A DNA stretch of 64,000 nt, taken from assembly GCA_963719315.1 (NCBI GenBank), contig CAVRBU010000004.1:775944-839943 (forward strand). The letters run 5' to 3'. Positions within the stretch are counted from its first letter, which is position 1. Each line of letters starts with the position of its first letter. This document shows, one piece after another, positions 19,947-30,614 of the stretch. Below the pieces are notes generated by a model. The model ran no database searches. It was not told where the DNA came from and saw only the letters and a list, made by a program, of their open reading frames with translations. This DNA is from an uncultured Planctomycetota bacterium. Lineage in GTDB: Bacteria; Planctomycetota; Planctomycetia; Pirellulales; Lacipirellulaceae. The translations under genes and the position numbers were made by a program.

Positions 19947-21644
19947 TCACGAAGAATATATCGAGGGCGCCAAGGAATTGAGATATTCTTCAACGTTCGT
20001 GTACCCATCGCCGTCCCGGTCAAGTGCGCCATCGGACGCATTCTGAGGATCTAAACCGTGACTTTGTTCCCAGTCGTCGGGCATGCCGTCGCCGTCGGTG
20101 TCGGGCGGCGCCGGTATCGATTTGAGTTCGGGCCAGCCTCCCACGTCGGTCTGCGAATCAATGATACCTTTTCCTCCACCATCCCAACTGCTGCCGAAAT
20201 GCGCCGTTCCCGTTCGTATTTCATTGATTATCCGCGTATCGACCGTATCCCGCGACAGCGAAGCGCCCGCATGTTCTAGCACGAGCTCGTATGCTTCCTC
20301 GGCGTTTTGAGTTCGGACTGGCGCGACAATGAAAGGCTCATTGACCCTCAGAGTGGATTCGGTCGCGCCACCGCCGGAGCTAAAATCAATGCCGCCTTCC
20401 CAGTTGTGTTTACTGATTTCCGGTAAGCCCCACACATAGTTGCCGTCGGCGTACATCCGACCGAGCGAATCGTGCTGATAAAATATTCTGTGGCGAACAT
20501 TCTGTTTCGTGGCCGGTCCATATTTGTAGTAGTTATTGATCCAATTCCTAGGCCACAGCTCGCCGCCATAGGCACTGTTGAAGCCCCAGTTGTAAATCAC
20601 GTTGTTGCGAAAATCCATCAGCCCCGAATCCTTGTTGCCTGAGGCCCGCGGATTTCGGCTGGAGTGGTGGGCCAGAATGTTGTGGTGCCACGATCCACCG
20701 GGACCGCCCCACAGCCCACCATAACCGTGGTGCCCTTTCTTATGGATCGAGTTATACAAGCTCTCGGTTGCCATGCACCATTGCACCGAAAAATTCCGCA
20801 CCTTGTTAATAGATAGCACTTCATCGATGCCCCAACTCACGGAGCAATGGTCGATGATTGCCTGTTCCCCATCTCCGCCGAAGCCATCGTACTCGATACC
20901 CGCTGTATCACCCGGTCGAAAACGGATGTATCGAATGATGATCTGCTTGGTATTGAATTTGACTTGATGATTGCGAATGCAAATTCCATCTCCCGGGGCC
21001 GTCTGACCCGCGATCGTGAGATAGGGATTCTTGATTTTCACGTTCGACTGGAGCGGAATCGTCCCCGATACTCGGAATACGACGATCCGCGGTCCTTCCG
21101 CCACGCAGGCGGCTCGAAAACTGCCTGCCCCGTCGTCGTTGAGATTGGTGACCGCGATGACGCGCCCGCCGCGCCCGCCAACTACATATTTGCCGAAACC
21201 CTCGGCGCCGGGAAACGCCGGCGGCCTGTTGGGACGAAAGTTCTTGATCACGACCTCTGGTTTGTCGTAGTCATACTTGAGGTCGTATAACCAACCTTGT
21301 GGAACCTCTACCCGGTCGAATTTGCCGCTGATCGAGGAAACGCCATTGCCGTAGAGCACGACTTCCGTGTTTTCGTGGGGAAGAATCGGGCCAGCAAAAT
21401 TTATTTTGAGCGTTCCCGACAGCGCCCACTTGCCGGCTCGAACCGTGTTACAGATGGCGCCGTCCGTAATAGTGAATTCCGTGGCCCGATCGGTTGTTGA
21501 AGCGAAACTTTCGGTTTTCCCGCCGACCAGTTTCCCGGCAATTTTCGCGGGCGCCGCGCAAGCGGTCGCCGCCGAAATGGCACAGGAACAGCCGATGATT
21601 ACGGCCAATCGTCGAAGAAACTTTGCAGCATCGTCACTGGGCAT
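19947..21644 (-). CDS. PL1-like pectate lyase with extra N-terminal beta domain
   Basis: AFPGAEGFG..GGRGG; IAGQTAPGDGI; DHCSVSWGIDE; SSRNPR; C-terminal DTDGDGMPDDWE...DGDGYTNVEEYLN. Confidence 0.92.
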   Translation of the reverse strand: MPSDDAAKFLRRLAVIIGCSCAISAATACAAPAKIAGKLVGGKTESFASTTDRATEFTITDGAICNTVRAGKWALSGTLKINFAGPILPHENTEVVLYGNGVSSISGKFDRVEVPQGWLYDLKYDYDKPEVVIKNFRPNRPPAFPGAEGFGKYVVGGRGGRVIAVTNLNDDGAGSFRAACVAEGPRIVVFRVSGTIPLQSNVKIKNPYLTIAGQTAPGDGICIRNHQVKFNTKQIIIRYIRFRPGDTAGIEYDGFGGDGEQAIIDHCSVSWGIDEVLSINKVRNFSVQWCMATESLYNSIHKKGHHGYGGLWGGPGGSWHHNILAHHSSRNPRASGNKDSGLMDFRNNVIYNWGFNSAYGGELWPRNWINNYYKYGPATKQNVRHRIFYQHDSLGRMYADGNYVWGLPEISKHNWEGGIDFSSGGGATESTLRVNEPFIVAPVRTQNAEEAYELVLEHAGASLSRDTVDTRIINEIRTGTAHFGSSWDGGGKGIIDSQTDVGGWPELKSIPAPPDTDGDGMPDDWEQSHGLDPQNASDGALDRDGDGYTNVEEYLNSLAPSIYSS

Positions 21645-21766
21645 GGCAGGCGTCCAAATCGTAGTCCATATCTATGACGACAGAGCGAAGTTTCAGTTTG
21701 CGGACGGTTAATTCCTGGTCGAGCCTTGTGAGGCAAGTAAAGTACGAAGGCGGGTAGATTGCGACA

Positions 21767-22726
21767 TCAATCGATTTGCTTTCGTTGGCCGGCCCAAAAA
21801 ATCGCGTTCACCAGCAAAGTGCGAAACACCTGCTTATCGAAATCCTCTGGTCCGCCCAACGATGTGTAGAAGACTCGACCGCCGCGATGCTCGCGGGTCC
21901 ACGCGAGTGGCTCGGTGTGCTCGGGAATGGACCCGGTAAGCAGCAAATTCGTGTCGTCCGCAATGTGAGGATTCTTATAGAGTTTGGTCTTGGTCTCAAA
22001 CGGCTTGACGCCCTTTAGCACCGGATGGTCGGCTGCTCCTTTGGCAATGGCCACCTTCGTGATCGGGCCGGAGCCATAATGGCCGTGGTAGTCTCCGCCC
22101 AGAATCTCATGATCCAATTCGAGCCAATTCTGGAACGCGTGGCTGGCGGTTCGCAAACCGACGATGGGACGCCCCGCCAGACAGTATTTCTTGACGAGCT
22201 CCAACTGGTCGCTTGGGAGATCGAGTCGCTTTGTGAATAGCAGCATTGCATCGCTAGTTTCGAGCGCCTCCAATCCAGGCAAGTTTGTTTTCGAAGTCCA
22301 AAATGCGCGTGCGCACTTAATCGGATAGTTCGCTTCCAATATCTTCTGAAACGCTGCCAACGACTCATTCGATTTATATTCCTCCGAGCCGGAAAGCAGG
22401 CACAATTGCAGCGGCTTGTCGCTGGTTTGCGCGGCGATCAGCCGAGAAGACGGGCCCAACATGCTCGCGGCGGCGCTGACGCCCAACCCCATGCCTGCAA
22501 CGCGCTGAATGAAGCGTCGTCGATTGAGAGCGACGAACGAGTTGGCCGGGGACTGACCCGATTTTGCGGCCCTATTTGTGGAAAGCGCCTCTGACGCCGA
22601 AGAACGTCGAAAAATGGAACCTGATATCAGCCTCGGAGAGGCCTCCCGCAGATGTTTTCTGCTGAGCAGGACTGACCCCTTCTCGGAGGCCACTTTTTTA
22701 GACGCTCTAAGTTTCATGTTGCCCAA
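21767..22726 (-). CDS. ThuA-like domain protein with Tat-type signal (start uncertain)
   Basis: NRRRFIQ + hydrophobic stretch; SEEY; GLRTASHAF; LGGDYHGH; PLAWTR...RVFYTSLG. Confidence 0.85.
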   Translation of the reverse strand: MGNMKLRASKKVASEKGSVLLSRKHLREASPRLISGSIFRRSSASEALSTNRAAKSGQSPANSFVALNRRRFIQRVAGMGLGVSAAASMLGPSSRLIAAQTSDKPLQLCLLSGSEEYKSNESLAAFQKILEANYPIKCARAFWTSKTNLPGLEALETSDAMLLFTKRLDLPSDQLELVKKYCLAGRPIVGLRTASHAFQNWLELDHEILGGDYHGHYGSGPITKVAIAKGAADHPVLKGVKPFETKTKLYKNPHIADDTNLLLTGSIPEHTEPLAWTREHRGGRVFYTSLGGPEDFDKQVFRTLLVNAIFWAGQRKQID

Positions 22727-22733
22727 AGTTCAC

Positions 22734-24044
22734 TTAGGAGGTGATCGGTAAAGACCAGGGCGCGCGGTAGGGGCGACTTACCATCTTTTGAAGCTCGTCA
22801 TCGCCGACCATTTGCTCTTTCTGAGGATCCCAGTGAACGGTCTTTTTCGAGCGAACGGCGATGTTGCCTAGATGGCAGACCGTGGCAGAGCGATGACCGA
22901 TCGCTACGTCGCAAATCGGCAGCTTCCTGGAACGAATACAGTCCAGCCAATTACCGTGATGGTCCTTGCTTTCGTACAAGTGAACATCAGAATCGGTGAG
23001 CGGTTCTTCGGCTAGATTGGCCGGTTTCGTCTCCAGGATATTTCGACTGACGTGAATCGTGCCATCTTGACCTTCGAACGTCGTGCCGCCCCGTTCACTC
23101 TGTCCGCAAATTAGCGTGGTACCATCCGCGTACTTGTATGTGACCTTGCACCATTCGGGCACTTCGAACAAACCTTCGGCGTTGTATCGGGCCTTACCTA
23201 CAGCGGAAACAGGGCCGCTTTCATCCATCCCCAGACCCCATTGGGCAATATCCAAATGGTGGGCGCCCCAGTTCGTCATTTGGCCGCCCGAATAATCCCA
23301 AAAGAAGCGGAAGTTGTAATGGACGTGCATGGGATCATACGGCTTGAGCGGCGCCGGGCCGAGCCAAAAGTCATAATCGAGCTCCGGCGGTGGCTCTTTG
23401 CGCCCGGCGTCGATCGGTTTCTTTTTGCCGATGTTCACGCCGGAAATCCCCGCGCGCACCGTGTGCACTTTGCCGATCCGGCCCGATCGCACCAATTCGC
23501 ATCCGAGCCGGAACCGATCATCCGATCGCTGTTGACTGCCCGTCTGCACGATCCGCTCGTTGGATCGGGCGGCAGCGATCATCGCCTGACCCTCGGCGAT
23601 CGTGAGCGTCAGCGGCTTCTCGCAATAGACATCTTTCCCGGCCCGGCAGGCGTCGATCGTCGTCAAGGCGTGCCAATGGTCGGGCGTGCTGACGACTACC
23701 GCGTCCACCTCTTTGTTATCGAGCAACTTTCGGTAATCGCCATACGTGGCGCACTTCCGCCCCGTCTGTGATTCGACCCTACTGCGAGCCGCGTTCAAAA
23801 ACCTCGAATCCACGTCGCACAAGGCCACGACGTCCGTGCGATCGAGCATCTTCAAAAAAGCGCTGAGGTTTTGGCCGCCGCGATTGCCGACGCCGATAAA
23901 GCCGAGGCGAATGCGATCGCTGGGAGCCGCCGAGTTTGGCGTGCCGAAGGCGCGGGGTGAAACGATCGTCGGCAACGCGCCCGCGGCCGCGCCGGCCACC
24001 GTTAGCGCCGTGTTGCGGAGAAACTCACGTCGATTGTTACGCAT
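22734..24044 (-). CDS. Gfo/Idh/MocA oxidoreductase, Tat-exported
   Basis: NRREFL Tat motif; IGVGNRG; STPDHWH; CEKP; GSQQRS; NWGAHHLD. Confidence 0.95.
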   Translation of the reverse strand: MRNNRREFLRNTALTVAGAAAGALPTIVSPRAFGTPNSAAPSDRIRLGFIGVGNRGGQNLSAFLKMLDRTDVVALCDVDSRFLNAARSRVESQTGRKCATYGDYRKLLDNKEVDAVVVSTPDHWHALTTIDACRAGKDVYCEKPLTLTIAEGQAMIAAARSNERIVQTGSQQRSDDRFRLGCELVRSGRIGKVHTVRAGISGVNIGKKKPIDAGRKEPPPELDYDFWLGPAPLKPYDPMHVHYNFRFFWDYSGGQMTNWGAHHLDIAQWGLGMDESGPVSAVGKARYNAEGLFEVPEWCKVTYKYADGTTLICGQSERGGTTFEGQDGTIHVSRNILETKPANLAEEPLTDSDVHLYESKDHHGNWLDCIRSRKLPICDVAIGHRSATVCHLGNIAVRSKKTVHWDPQKEQMVGDDELQKMVSRPYRAPWSLPITS

Positions 24045-24231
24045 ACCCCTTACCCCTTGTTCCACATTGCGTGCTCACCCTTCGATTGAACCCCGAGAAT
24101 GGAACTAGGGGACGGAGCAAAAAAGTCTCCACAGTCGATGGTGTTGCGCCTGGCCGGGCCGAGCAATGCTCGGCCCGGCGCAGAAGCAAGATTGTCAAAA
24201 ACGAACTACTTTAATGCCGATATTCGGCAAC

Positions 24232-26145
24232 TTAGGACCTCCGGCGGAAACCGACGATTCCCATCATCAACCCCACGGCTACCAGAATGCACGAACTTGG
24301 CTCGGGGACGTACGTTAATTGGATTTCGGTGCCCCCTGCGCCGATGCCGATGATCCAATGTGGATCGCCGGTAAGCGTGACCGAGCCGAGCGAAACTCCA
24401 GCCAAATCCCGCACGATGCGCTTCGTGTCGCCGACGAAAGGCACATACCCAAGAATCTGATTGATGTTCAACACGCCACCATTCAGCGCGGCGGTGCCGT
24501 TGAGGACATTGATCCAGTCGGCGCCATTGATGCCGGCAGCGCCGACATCGATGTCCCAACTACCGCTGTTCATTTCGAAATTCCCCGGGCGGGGGCCCGG
24601 AGCGACGGAAGTATCTCCCACTCGCACCTGCAGCAACGCATTTGCCCCAAATTCCAGGTGGCTGCCGTTGTTGGTGAAGTCCGTCTGCCAGACGGTGGTT
24701 GCACCTGTCGAATTCATCTTGAGGGTACCCCCTGTGAGATTGACGACCGGTGCCACGATCGCCCCACCGTCCGTTCGAAGTCCGCTGGCGACCGTTCGGT
24801 TCACGCCCAATGTCGTGGTGCCATTGACCGTCAACGTACCGGTGCCGCTCAACGATACTGCGGCCTGACTATCGGCCGAAGCGCCAAGTTCAAGTGCCGC
24901 TACGTTTGCCGCACCCGACTTGATGTCGAGTAGAACCTTGCCGTTTTGTCCGATGACGGTGGTCTGAAATGCGTTACCGGTCTGATTGAACGTCCCGCCA
25001 TCAATGGTGAACGTGCTGGTAACTGTCTCAAGGCCCGCCGAGGCGTCGGATCGCGACTCAAAGGCACGAGCGTTGATAATGCCGCCCTTCAAGAGAATGT
25101 TACTGCTGTTATCGACGGTGCCCGCCGAATTAATGCTCTTCGCCAGGCGGAGCGCGTCGAAGATATTGACGGTGCCGTTGTTCATCGTAAACGTGCCGGG
25201 TCCGGTATCGCCGACGATCAGCCGGGCGGTCGGACTCGGATCAACACCGACCTGCAAGGTGCCGGCATCCATGACCATCTGGCCCAGACCCGCTGCATTT
25301 CTACCAACCGAAAGATCGGACGCAAGATTGATGATCGTCGTGCCGTCGTTCTCATTGATATTCAAAATACCGGTCGCACCGCCAGCTTCGGCCAGACGCA
25401 TACCTCCGCTGGCGTTGATCGTGCCACCCGAAATGTTCACCGTAGAGGTGCTGTTGCTTCGCGAGGCAACCTTGAAAATGCGTTGCCCGCTGCCCGTCTG
25501 CGTAATCGTCCCGCCCTTCAGGTTGAACGTGCCATTGATCACGTCAATGCCATTGTTGCCGGTCGTGCCGCTCACCATGGTGATGCTGCCATTCGTCATG
25601 GTGTAAGTGCCGGTACCCGGGGAAGTGCCGCCGCTGTCTCCGAGGCGGAACGTACCCGCCGAGGTCATCGTAATGCTGCTGGTGAGGCCACTTTGCATGA
25701 CGGTGCCGTTGTGCTCTTTGCCGATGCGGAAGTTGTTGGTGCCGAGCGTTCCGCCCGTCCAATCCATCGCGCCATCGAGGCCAACATCGAGATCAAAAAC
25801 TCCGGGATTGCCGATTGGATCTGATTCCACGAGGCGGGCAAAGCCAATGAACAAGCCTTGCGCCGACTGGTTGTCGCTCAGCGTTACGGTACCGCCGTTA
25901 CGTACCTCAGCGTCATCGGTGGTGCCCGGAGGCGAAGCGGCTGGAAGATTCGTCGAATAGTCAAACCAGTTGCCAGCCACATTCCAGTTGCCGGTCGCGG
26001 CGTTCCAGTCCAGTGTGGCCGCGCTGGCGAGAGACGGAAGAAGAACTACCGCCACCGACAAAATCAGCGGCAGGAACCTGAAGCGTGACCTAACTTTGGC
26101 CACCAATCGCGGCGTTGTCCAATCATAGAAGCGAATCATTAGCAT
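24232..26145 (-). CDS. PEP-CTERM surface protein with Gly/Thr-rich beta-helix (passenger-like) repeats
   Basis: RBS AAAGGGG before ATG 26145; signal peptide; GNWNVAGNW; repeated G.F.M.GG.; ends YVPEPSSCILVAVGLMMGIVGFRRRS. Confidence 0.9.
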   Translation of the reverse strand: MLMIRFYDWTTPRLVAKVRSRFRFLPLILSVAVVLLPSLASAATLDWNAATGNWNVAGNWFDYSTNLPAASPPGTTDDAEVRNGGTVTLSDNQSAQGLFIGFARLVESDPIGNPGVFDLDVGLDGAMDWTGGTLGTNNFRIGKEHNGTVMQSGLTSSITMTSAGTFRLGDSGGTSPGTGTYTMTNGSITMVSGTTGNNGIDVINGTFNLKGGTITQTGSGQRIFKVASRSNSTSTVNISGGTINASGGMRLAEAGGATGILNINENDGTTIINLASDLSVGRNAAGLGQMVMDAGTLQVGVDPSPTARLIVGDTGPGTFTMNNGTVNIFDALRLAKSINSAGTVDNSSNILLKGGIINARAFESRSDASAGLETVTSTFTIDGGTFNQTGNAFQTTVIGQNGKVLLDIKSGAANVAALELGASADSQAAVSLSGTGTLTVNGTTTLGVNRTVASGLRTDGGAIVAPVVNLTGGTLKMNSTGATTVWQTDFTNNGSHLEFGANALLQVRVGDTSVAPGPRPGNFEMNSGSWDIDVGAAGINGADWINVLNGTAALNGGVLNINQILGYVPFVGDTKRIVRDLAGVSLGSVTLTGDPHWIIGIGAGGTEIQLTYVPEPSSCILVAVGLMMGIVGFRRRS

Positions 26146-26254
26146 TCCCCTTTCTAAACGTGCGTCCAAAAAAAATGAAACCACAAAGCTGCTTTCAATG
26201 CGGCGCCTGCCTGCCGCGTTACACTCCAGATCCACAATTCACAAATACTCACTC

Positions 26255-26917
26255 TCAACGAGTAGTCAAGGCAAATGTTCGGTCCTTGTCCGAGGAAAAC
26301 TCCTCGGGAGGAAATTCGTAGCCCAACGTCGTCTCTGTGTTGTATTTGGCCGGAAGCAATTCTTTTCCCGAGCCGTCTTTCTTCGAAACCGATACTCGAT
26401 ACATCCCACAGGTCATGCCCGGTATCGTATTGCCAGTAATCTTGATGGACGTGCTGCCATTCGTCCCAGTTTGTCCTTCGCCCGCTTGAATAGAACTTCC
26501 GAAAAACGACTCGGGCGTGAAAACCACTTTAGCGTCGCCGAGTGGAGCACCGTTAAGCGTAAAAATGTACGTTTCATTCCGCAGACCGAGACCTGCTTTC
26601 TGATAATCGCCGATGCGGGCCTCGATCTCCTCCGCGCTGATGCGGCCATCTTTGTTCGAGTCAATGCGTACGAGCGCCGCCTTCAAGCCAGGCGCTTTCT
26701 CCAACTCTTTGGCGTCCAGCATGTTGTCGTGATTCGCGTCCAGAGCCTCGAACGTGGCCGAACCGATCCGGCTCGCGTTATAAGAAGGTAATCCGATACT
26801 GGGCGTCCGATGCACGCAGCCCGTAATGCAGACTACGGCCAGCGCACTGACGGGCAGTGAAAATAAGCAATGAGTTAACATTCGCGCTGAAAAAGAACTC
26901 AACTTCAACTCGGGCAT
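26255..26917 (-). CDS. Lipoprotein partner of DUF1559 (EF-hand-like pair + carboxypeptidase-regulatory-like domain); start 26917 or 26881
   Basis: Lipobox ITGC; DANHDNMLD..E and DSNKDGRIS..E; LNGAPL.DAKVVFTPE...G.T..NG...G.YRVSVSK...LPAKYN..TTL. Confidence 0.85.
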   Translation of the reverse strand: MPELKLSSFSARMLTHCLFSLPVSALAVVCITGCVHRTPSIGLPSYNASRIGSATFEALDANHDNMLDAKELEKAPGLKAALVRIDSNKDGRISAEEIEARIGDYQKAGLGLRNETYIFTLNGAPLGDAKVVFTPESFFGSSIQAGEGQTGTNGSTSIKITGNTIPGMTCGMYRVSVSKKDGSGKELLPAKYNTETTLGYEFPPEEFSSDKDRTFALTTR

Positions 26918-26978
26918 TAGCAAAATAACTCTGGAATCAATTAAATAGACTTGGAGCGAGCAATCTTCTTTCCACGGC

Positions 26979-28022
26979 TCACTCGAACGAGGCAACCTCA
27001 CCATCCTCCCGGTTTGCAAATCGACCATGCATTACGGGGTCGATCGTAAAACTGATCCCGTGCACGGACCCATCGCAAAATGACATCAAGAACACGCCGG
27101 GGTGGGCGCTACCAAAGCCGCAGGTATTTGAAACTCCAAAGGTGTCCTGAAGTGGTGGAACATTTTTGCTTCCCCAGCGAAGGTTATCGCGATCCAAACC
27201 GTGATACATATTCTGGTCATCGCCGGCGTCGCGACCGTCCTCGTAATACTCCGGCCTCACATACTTTTCTCCGATGATATAAGTTTTCGATAAGCCATCC
27301 GTTATTTCCTTAATCCGATGGAAAGCCCAATAGGAAAAGATGCCGGTCGGTACGGTACTAAAATTCGTATACGAACTCGCAACCGTGTTTTCCCATGTAG
27401 GCAACTCAGTCTCTTCCATGGTGCTTGGCCCACTAGGTGCGCTGCCACATGCGGTATCCCCAAGCGAACCCGCATAGTCCGACCGGGCACTTAGCACCGA
27501 GTCATCCTGATTCTTAAAACTTTCAGGTCCATTGTAGTTGCCGTATGGCCCTCCGCTTCTGCGAGAGGGACAAACCATTGTCTTGATCGTCATCGACGCC
27601 CGTTGCTTGAAAACCGCCTTTCGGGCGGGGTCATTCCACTTTGCGCCGACTCCGGAGCCCAGGTCGTGGATCGTCTGCTCTTCAATAAAGGGAAGCGTGT
27701 TGTAAATCCACCCGCCTGGCTGCTTCCGACCGGACCCGTAGTTTGGATCACCGACCCACCTGTAGCCAATGCCACCCGATGGGAAATGTTTGAATGTCGA
27801 TTCATGATTGAGCGCGCCTAATGACAACTGCTTGAGATTGTTCGTGCATTGGGAACGACGCGCTGCCTCACGTGCTGCCTGAATAGCCGGCAGCAAGAGT
27901 GCCACCAAGATCCCGATGATCGCAATGACCACGAGCAACTCCACCAGTGTGAACCCCTGGCGATTTCCGCGTTTGCCAATAACGGCATTTACCTGCGGCT
28001 GAGCCTGTACGAGTCGCACCAT
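26979..28022 (-). CDS. DUF1559 prepilin-type N-terminal cleavage/methylation protein with H-X9-DG motif
   Basis: [82 protein letters not shown] before ATG 28022. Confidence 0.96.
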   Translation of the reverse strand: MVRLVQAQPQVNAVIGKRGNRQGFTLVELLVVIAIIGILVALLLPAIQAAREAARRSQCTNNLKQLSLGALNHESTFKHFPSGGIGYRWVGDPNYGSGRKQPGGWIYNTLPFIEEQTIHDLGSGVGAKWNDPARKAVFKQRASMTIKTMVCPSRRSGGPYGNYNGPESFKNQDDSVLSARSDYAGSLGDTACGSAPSGPSTMEETELPTWENTVASSYTNFSTVPTGIFSYWAFHRIKEITDGLSKTYIIGEKYVRPEYYEDGRDAGDDQNMYHGLDRDNLRWGSKNVPPLQDTFGVSNTCGFGSAHPGVFLMSFCDGSVHGISFTIDPVMHGRFANREDGEVASFE

Positions 28023-28209
28023 ACTTCTACCTTCCTTCGGCAATCGATCGTTTCCACCAACAAACGCCGATAAAAGCCGCTTCATTTGAACTGCTTGGGG
28101 CACTACTATCCTAAACACACACCGTGTCTTGACTTTCCAAACTCGGCAAATCCAATTCCAGTTTTTCGTCATCTGTCCATCACTCGCCGCGCTCGGATTA
28201 CGCGATTGA

Positions 28210-30420
28210 TCAATTCTGTTGCGTGCTGGTCCGATATCGCGTCCTCATTGCGGTTGACAATCCGACAACGGCAAGCACAAGCAACGCGACGGATGACGGC
28301 TCAGGAATTGACGAAGCCACCGTCTCAACCCCCGAACCCGCACCGGCACCCGGTCCAACGTATTTCAACTGGATTTCTGTGTTTGCCACATCCGTAATAA
28401 GGCTCCAGTTCGGAGCGCCAGCAAGTGTGACGGCTCCGGCGTTCAGAGTGACGCCGCCGGTCAGAGCCCTCACAATTCGGAGCGTATCATTGGCGACTGG
28501 CGTATAGCCAGGCAGAAGGCTGATGTTGAGCGTACCGCCAGTAAGCTCGGCAGTACCATCGCCGCTGACAATAATCCTGTCGGCACCGGTGGACGAAATA
28601 TTGCTGCCGATCTCAATATCCCAGCTACCACTGCTCATGATAAAGCTGGAATTCGTAGCGGAGCCGGCAGTTGTCGACAAGGTGAGCTGCTGCACAGTAT
28701 TCGGATTGAGAACGATCTTGGAACCCGTATTGGTCAAATCTGTCTGCCAGGTCGCGGCACCCACGACATTCGGAGTAATCTCGAGGGTGCCACCGGTCAG
28801 GTTCACCGTCGGAGTTGCTAGCGGGTCCGACTTCAGTACGGGACCGGTGATCTTCAGCTTTCCGCCCTTGACGTTAATGGTTCCGTTTGACTGGAGTCCG
28901 CTTGAATTCACGTTGCCGAGCTGGACTTGATTAAGCGTGGCCTGGCCCTGCCGAACTTCGAACAATGCTTCTCCGCTTTGGCCGATAGTTGCAGTATCCA
29001 ATCCTCCTGCCGGGCCTTGAACGAAGACTGCGTTGGGGCCATCGATGAGGATCGTGGGCGTACCTCCCGCTCCCGGCATTTGAAGTTGCATTTGCAGTTG
29101 CTTGGTCGTGAGCGTGCCGCCGGTCATGTTGATCAAACTATTTGGAGACTCAACCTGAGCGCCCACGCGAAGATCGCCGCTGACGGTAATGCTGCCGCCA
29201 GATAGATTCAACGTGCCATTGCCCCGGTGACCAATTTGCAGCCTCTTTTGGTTACTAGCAGTGCCAATCGTTAGTAGGCCGTCGCTCATGTTCATTTCGC
29301 CAACACCATTGGTGGTGTTGTAGCCGATCGAAACTTCGCCGCCCACATTCATAACGACGGGGCCATTGATATTTAGATATCCTCGCGAATTCGAGCTGGT
29401 AGCCGCCCGCAGGCCGCCAAGCACGTCCACGGTGCCTCCGGTGAAGTTTGCGGTGGCAACATTTTCGTTGCCCTCGGTACCGCTTGTGGTGGAGATGGTC
29501 ATAAAGCGCTGATCAACAAGTGTGTTGCCATTCGCTACGTCGAGAGTCTTATCGACAATTTGCCCCCCGGTCATGTTAAAAGTTCCGTTTCGAACATTGA
29601 TGCCGTTGTTGCCGTTGCTTCCTTGGGCGCCGCCGAGGAATGGGATGTTGTAGCCGATGATCAAGCCGATCGTACCATCCATCAAGTTGTAGGTGCTGGT
29701 CGGGTTCGGCGTGGTACCGCTATCGCCAATATTCAGTCGGCTCGTGGAATGTAGAAGGAGGACTTCCGTTGAGGCGCCATTCTGATTGACGGTACCGGTA
29801 AAATTTATGTCAGCCGTATTGTCTCGCTGGCCGACTCGAATGTCCGGGCCATAGTAAGTACTGTTGACGGTCGCTATGTCGATGCCGGACATGGGGATAG
29901 GGCCAGTGTCAGCGGTAATCTTCCCGGCCGTCCAATTGAGCGTGCCGCCCTGGCCGATCTGCTGCGTGGTGGTGTCCCCAAATCGGAATCGCCACTCGGT
30001 GTAATCCCCGGGTTGGACGCCAGGCGTGGGATCGTTCAGCAATGGTCCACCATTTCGCCACAGCACATAGTCGGCGGCATCGACGATTCCGTCTCCGTTG
30101 TAGTCGCCGGGCGTGATTTCAAGGGATGCACCGATCCTAAGTAGGTGCTGTGACACATCACTGTTTATAGTGACCGTGCCGCCGTTCCGAACATAGGCGT
30201 CGTCGAAGGTGGTGGCGTCGACATACCCTGGAGGTGCAGCGGGCGGACTCCCCGTCGCATCATCGACCCAGTTGCCGGCCACATTGTAATTGCCGTTCGG
30301 AACATTGAAATCTAGGCTTGCCGCACTGGCCGCGGAGGCGAGGACGAGAATTGCAAACGCCACAGACAACGTCGCCGCCAGTTGTCGCAACGGCGAGGCA
30401 AATTTCGAGAAGTGAATCAT
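28210..30420 (-). CDS. PEP-CTERM beta-helix surface protein with internal dockerin-like module; paralog of 24232-26145
   Basis: Signal peptide; [28 protein letters not shown]; shared motifs with the paralog ([23 protein letters not shown]); ends [24 protein letters not shown]. Confidence 0.9.
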   Translation of the reverse strand: MIHFSKFASPLRQLAATLSVAFAILVLASAASAASLDFNVPNGNYNVAGNWVDDATGSPPAAPPGYVDATTFDDAYVRNGGTVTINSDVSQHLLRIGASLEITPGDYNGDGIVDAADYVLWRNGGPLLNDPTPGVQPGDYTEWRFRFGDTTTQQIGQGGTLNWTAGKITADTGPIPMSGIDIATVNSTYYGPDIRVGQRDNTADINFTGTVNQNGASTEVLLLHSTSRLNIGDSGTTPNPTSTYNLMDGTIGLIIGYNIPFLGGAQGSNGNNGINVRNGTFNMTGGQIVDKTLDVANGNTLVDQRFMTISTTSGTEGNENVATANFTGGTVDVLGGLRAATSSNSRGYLNINGPVVMNVGGEVSIGYNTTNGVGEMNMSDGLLTIGTASNQKRLQIGHRGNGTLNLSGGSITVSGDLRVGAQVESPNSLINMTGGTLTTKQLQMQLQMPGAGGTPTILIDGPNAVFVQGPAGGLDTATIGQSGEALFEVRQGQATLNQVQLGNVNSSGLQSNGTINVKGGKLKITGPVLKSDPLATPTVNLTGGTLEITPNVVGAATWQTDLTNTGSKIVLNPNTVQQLTLSTTAGSATNSSFIMSSGSWDIEIGSNISSTGADRIIVSGDGTAELTGGTLNISLLPGYTPVANDTLRIVRALTGGVTLNAGAVTLAGAPNWSLITDVANTEIQLKYVGPGAGAGSGVETVASSIPEPSSVALLVLAVVGLSTAMRTRYRTSTQQN

Positions 30421-30442
30421 TTTAACCTTCTTTCAACGCTAA

Positions 30443-30614
30443 GGATGACGATTCAGGAATTGCCGCAGGCACCGTGCCAACCACCGCACTGGCACCTGCA
30501 CCAAATCGCGATCGCCAAAAGTCCTATGGAGGACGGTTCAGGAATTGCCGCAGGCGACGTGCCAACCTTCGCACCGGCGCCTGAGGTTGCACCAAATCGC
30601 GATCGCCAAAAGTC
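30443..30614. repeat. Imperfect tandem duplication (~85-bp period)
   Basis: TTCAGGAATTGCCGCAGGC..CGTGCCAACC...TGCACCAAATCGCGATCGCCAAAAGTC at 30452-30523 and again at 30537-30614. Confidence 0.92.
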
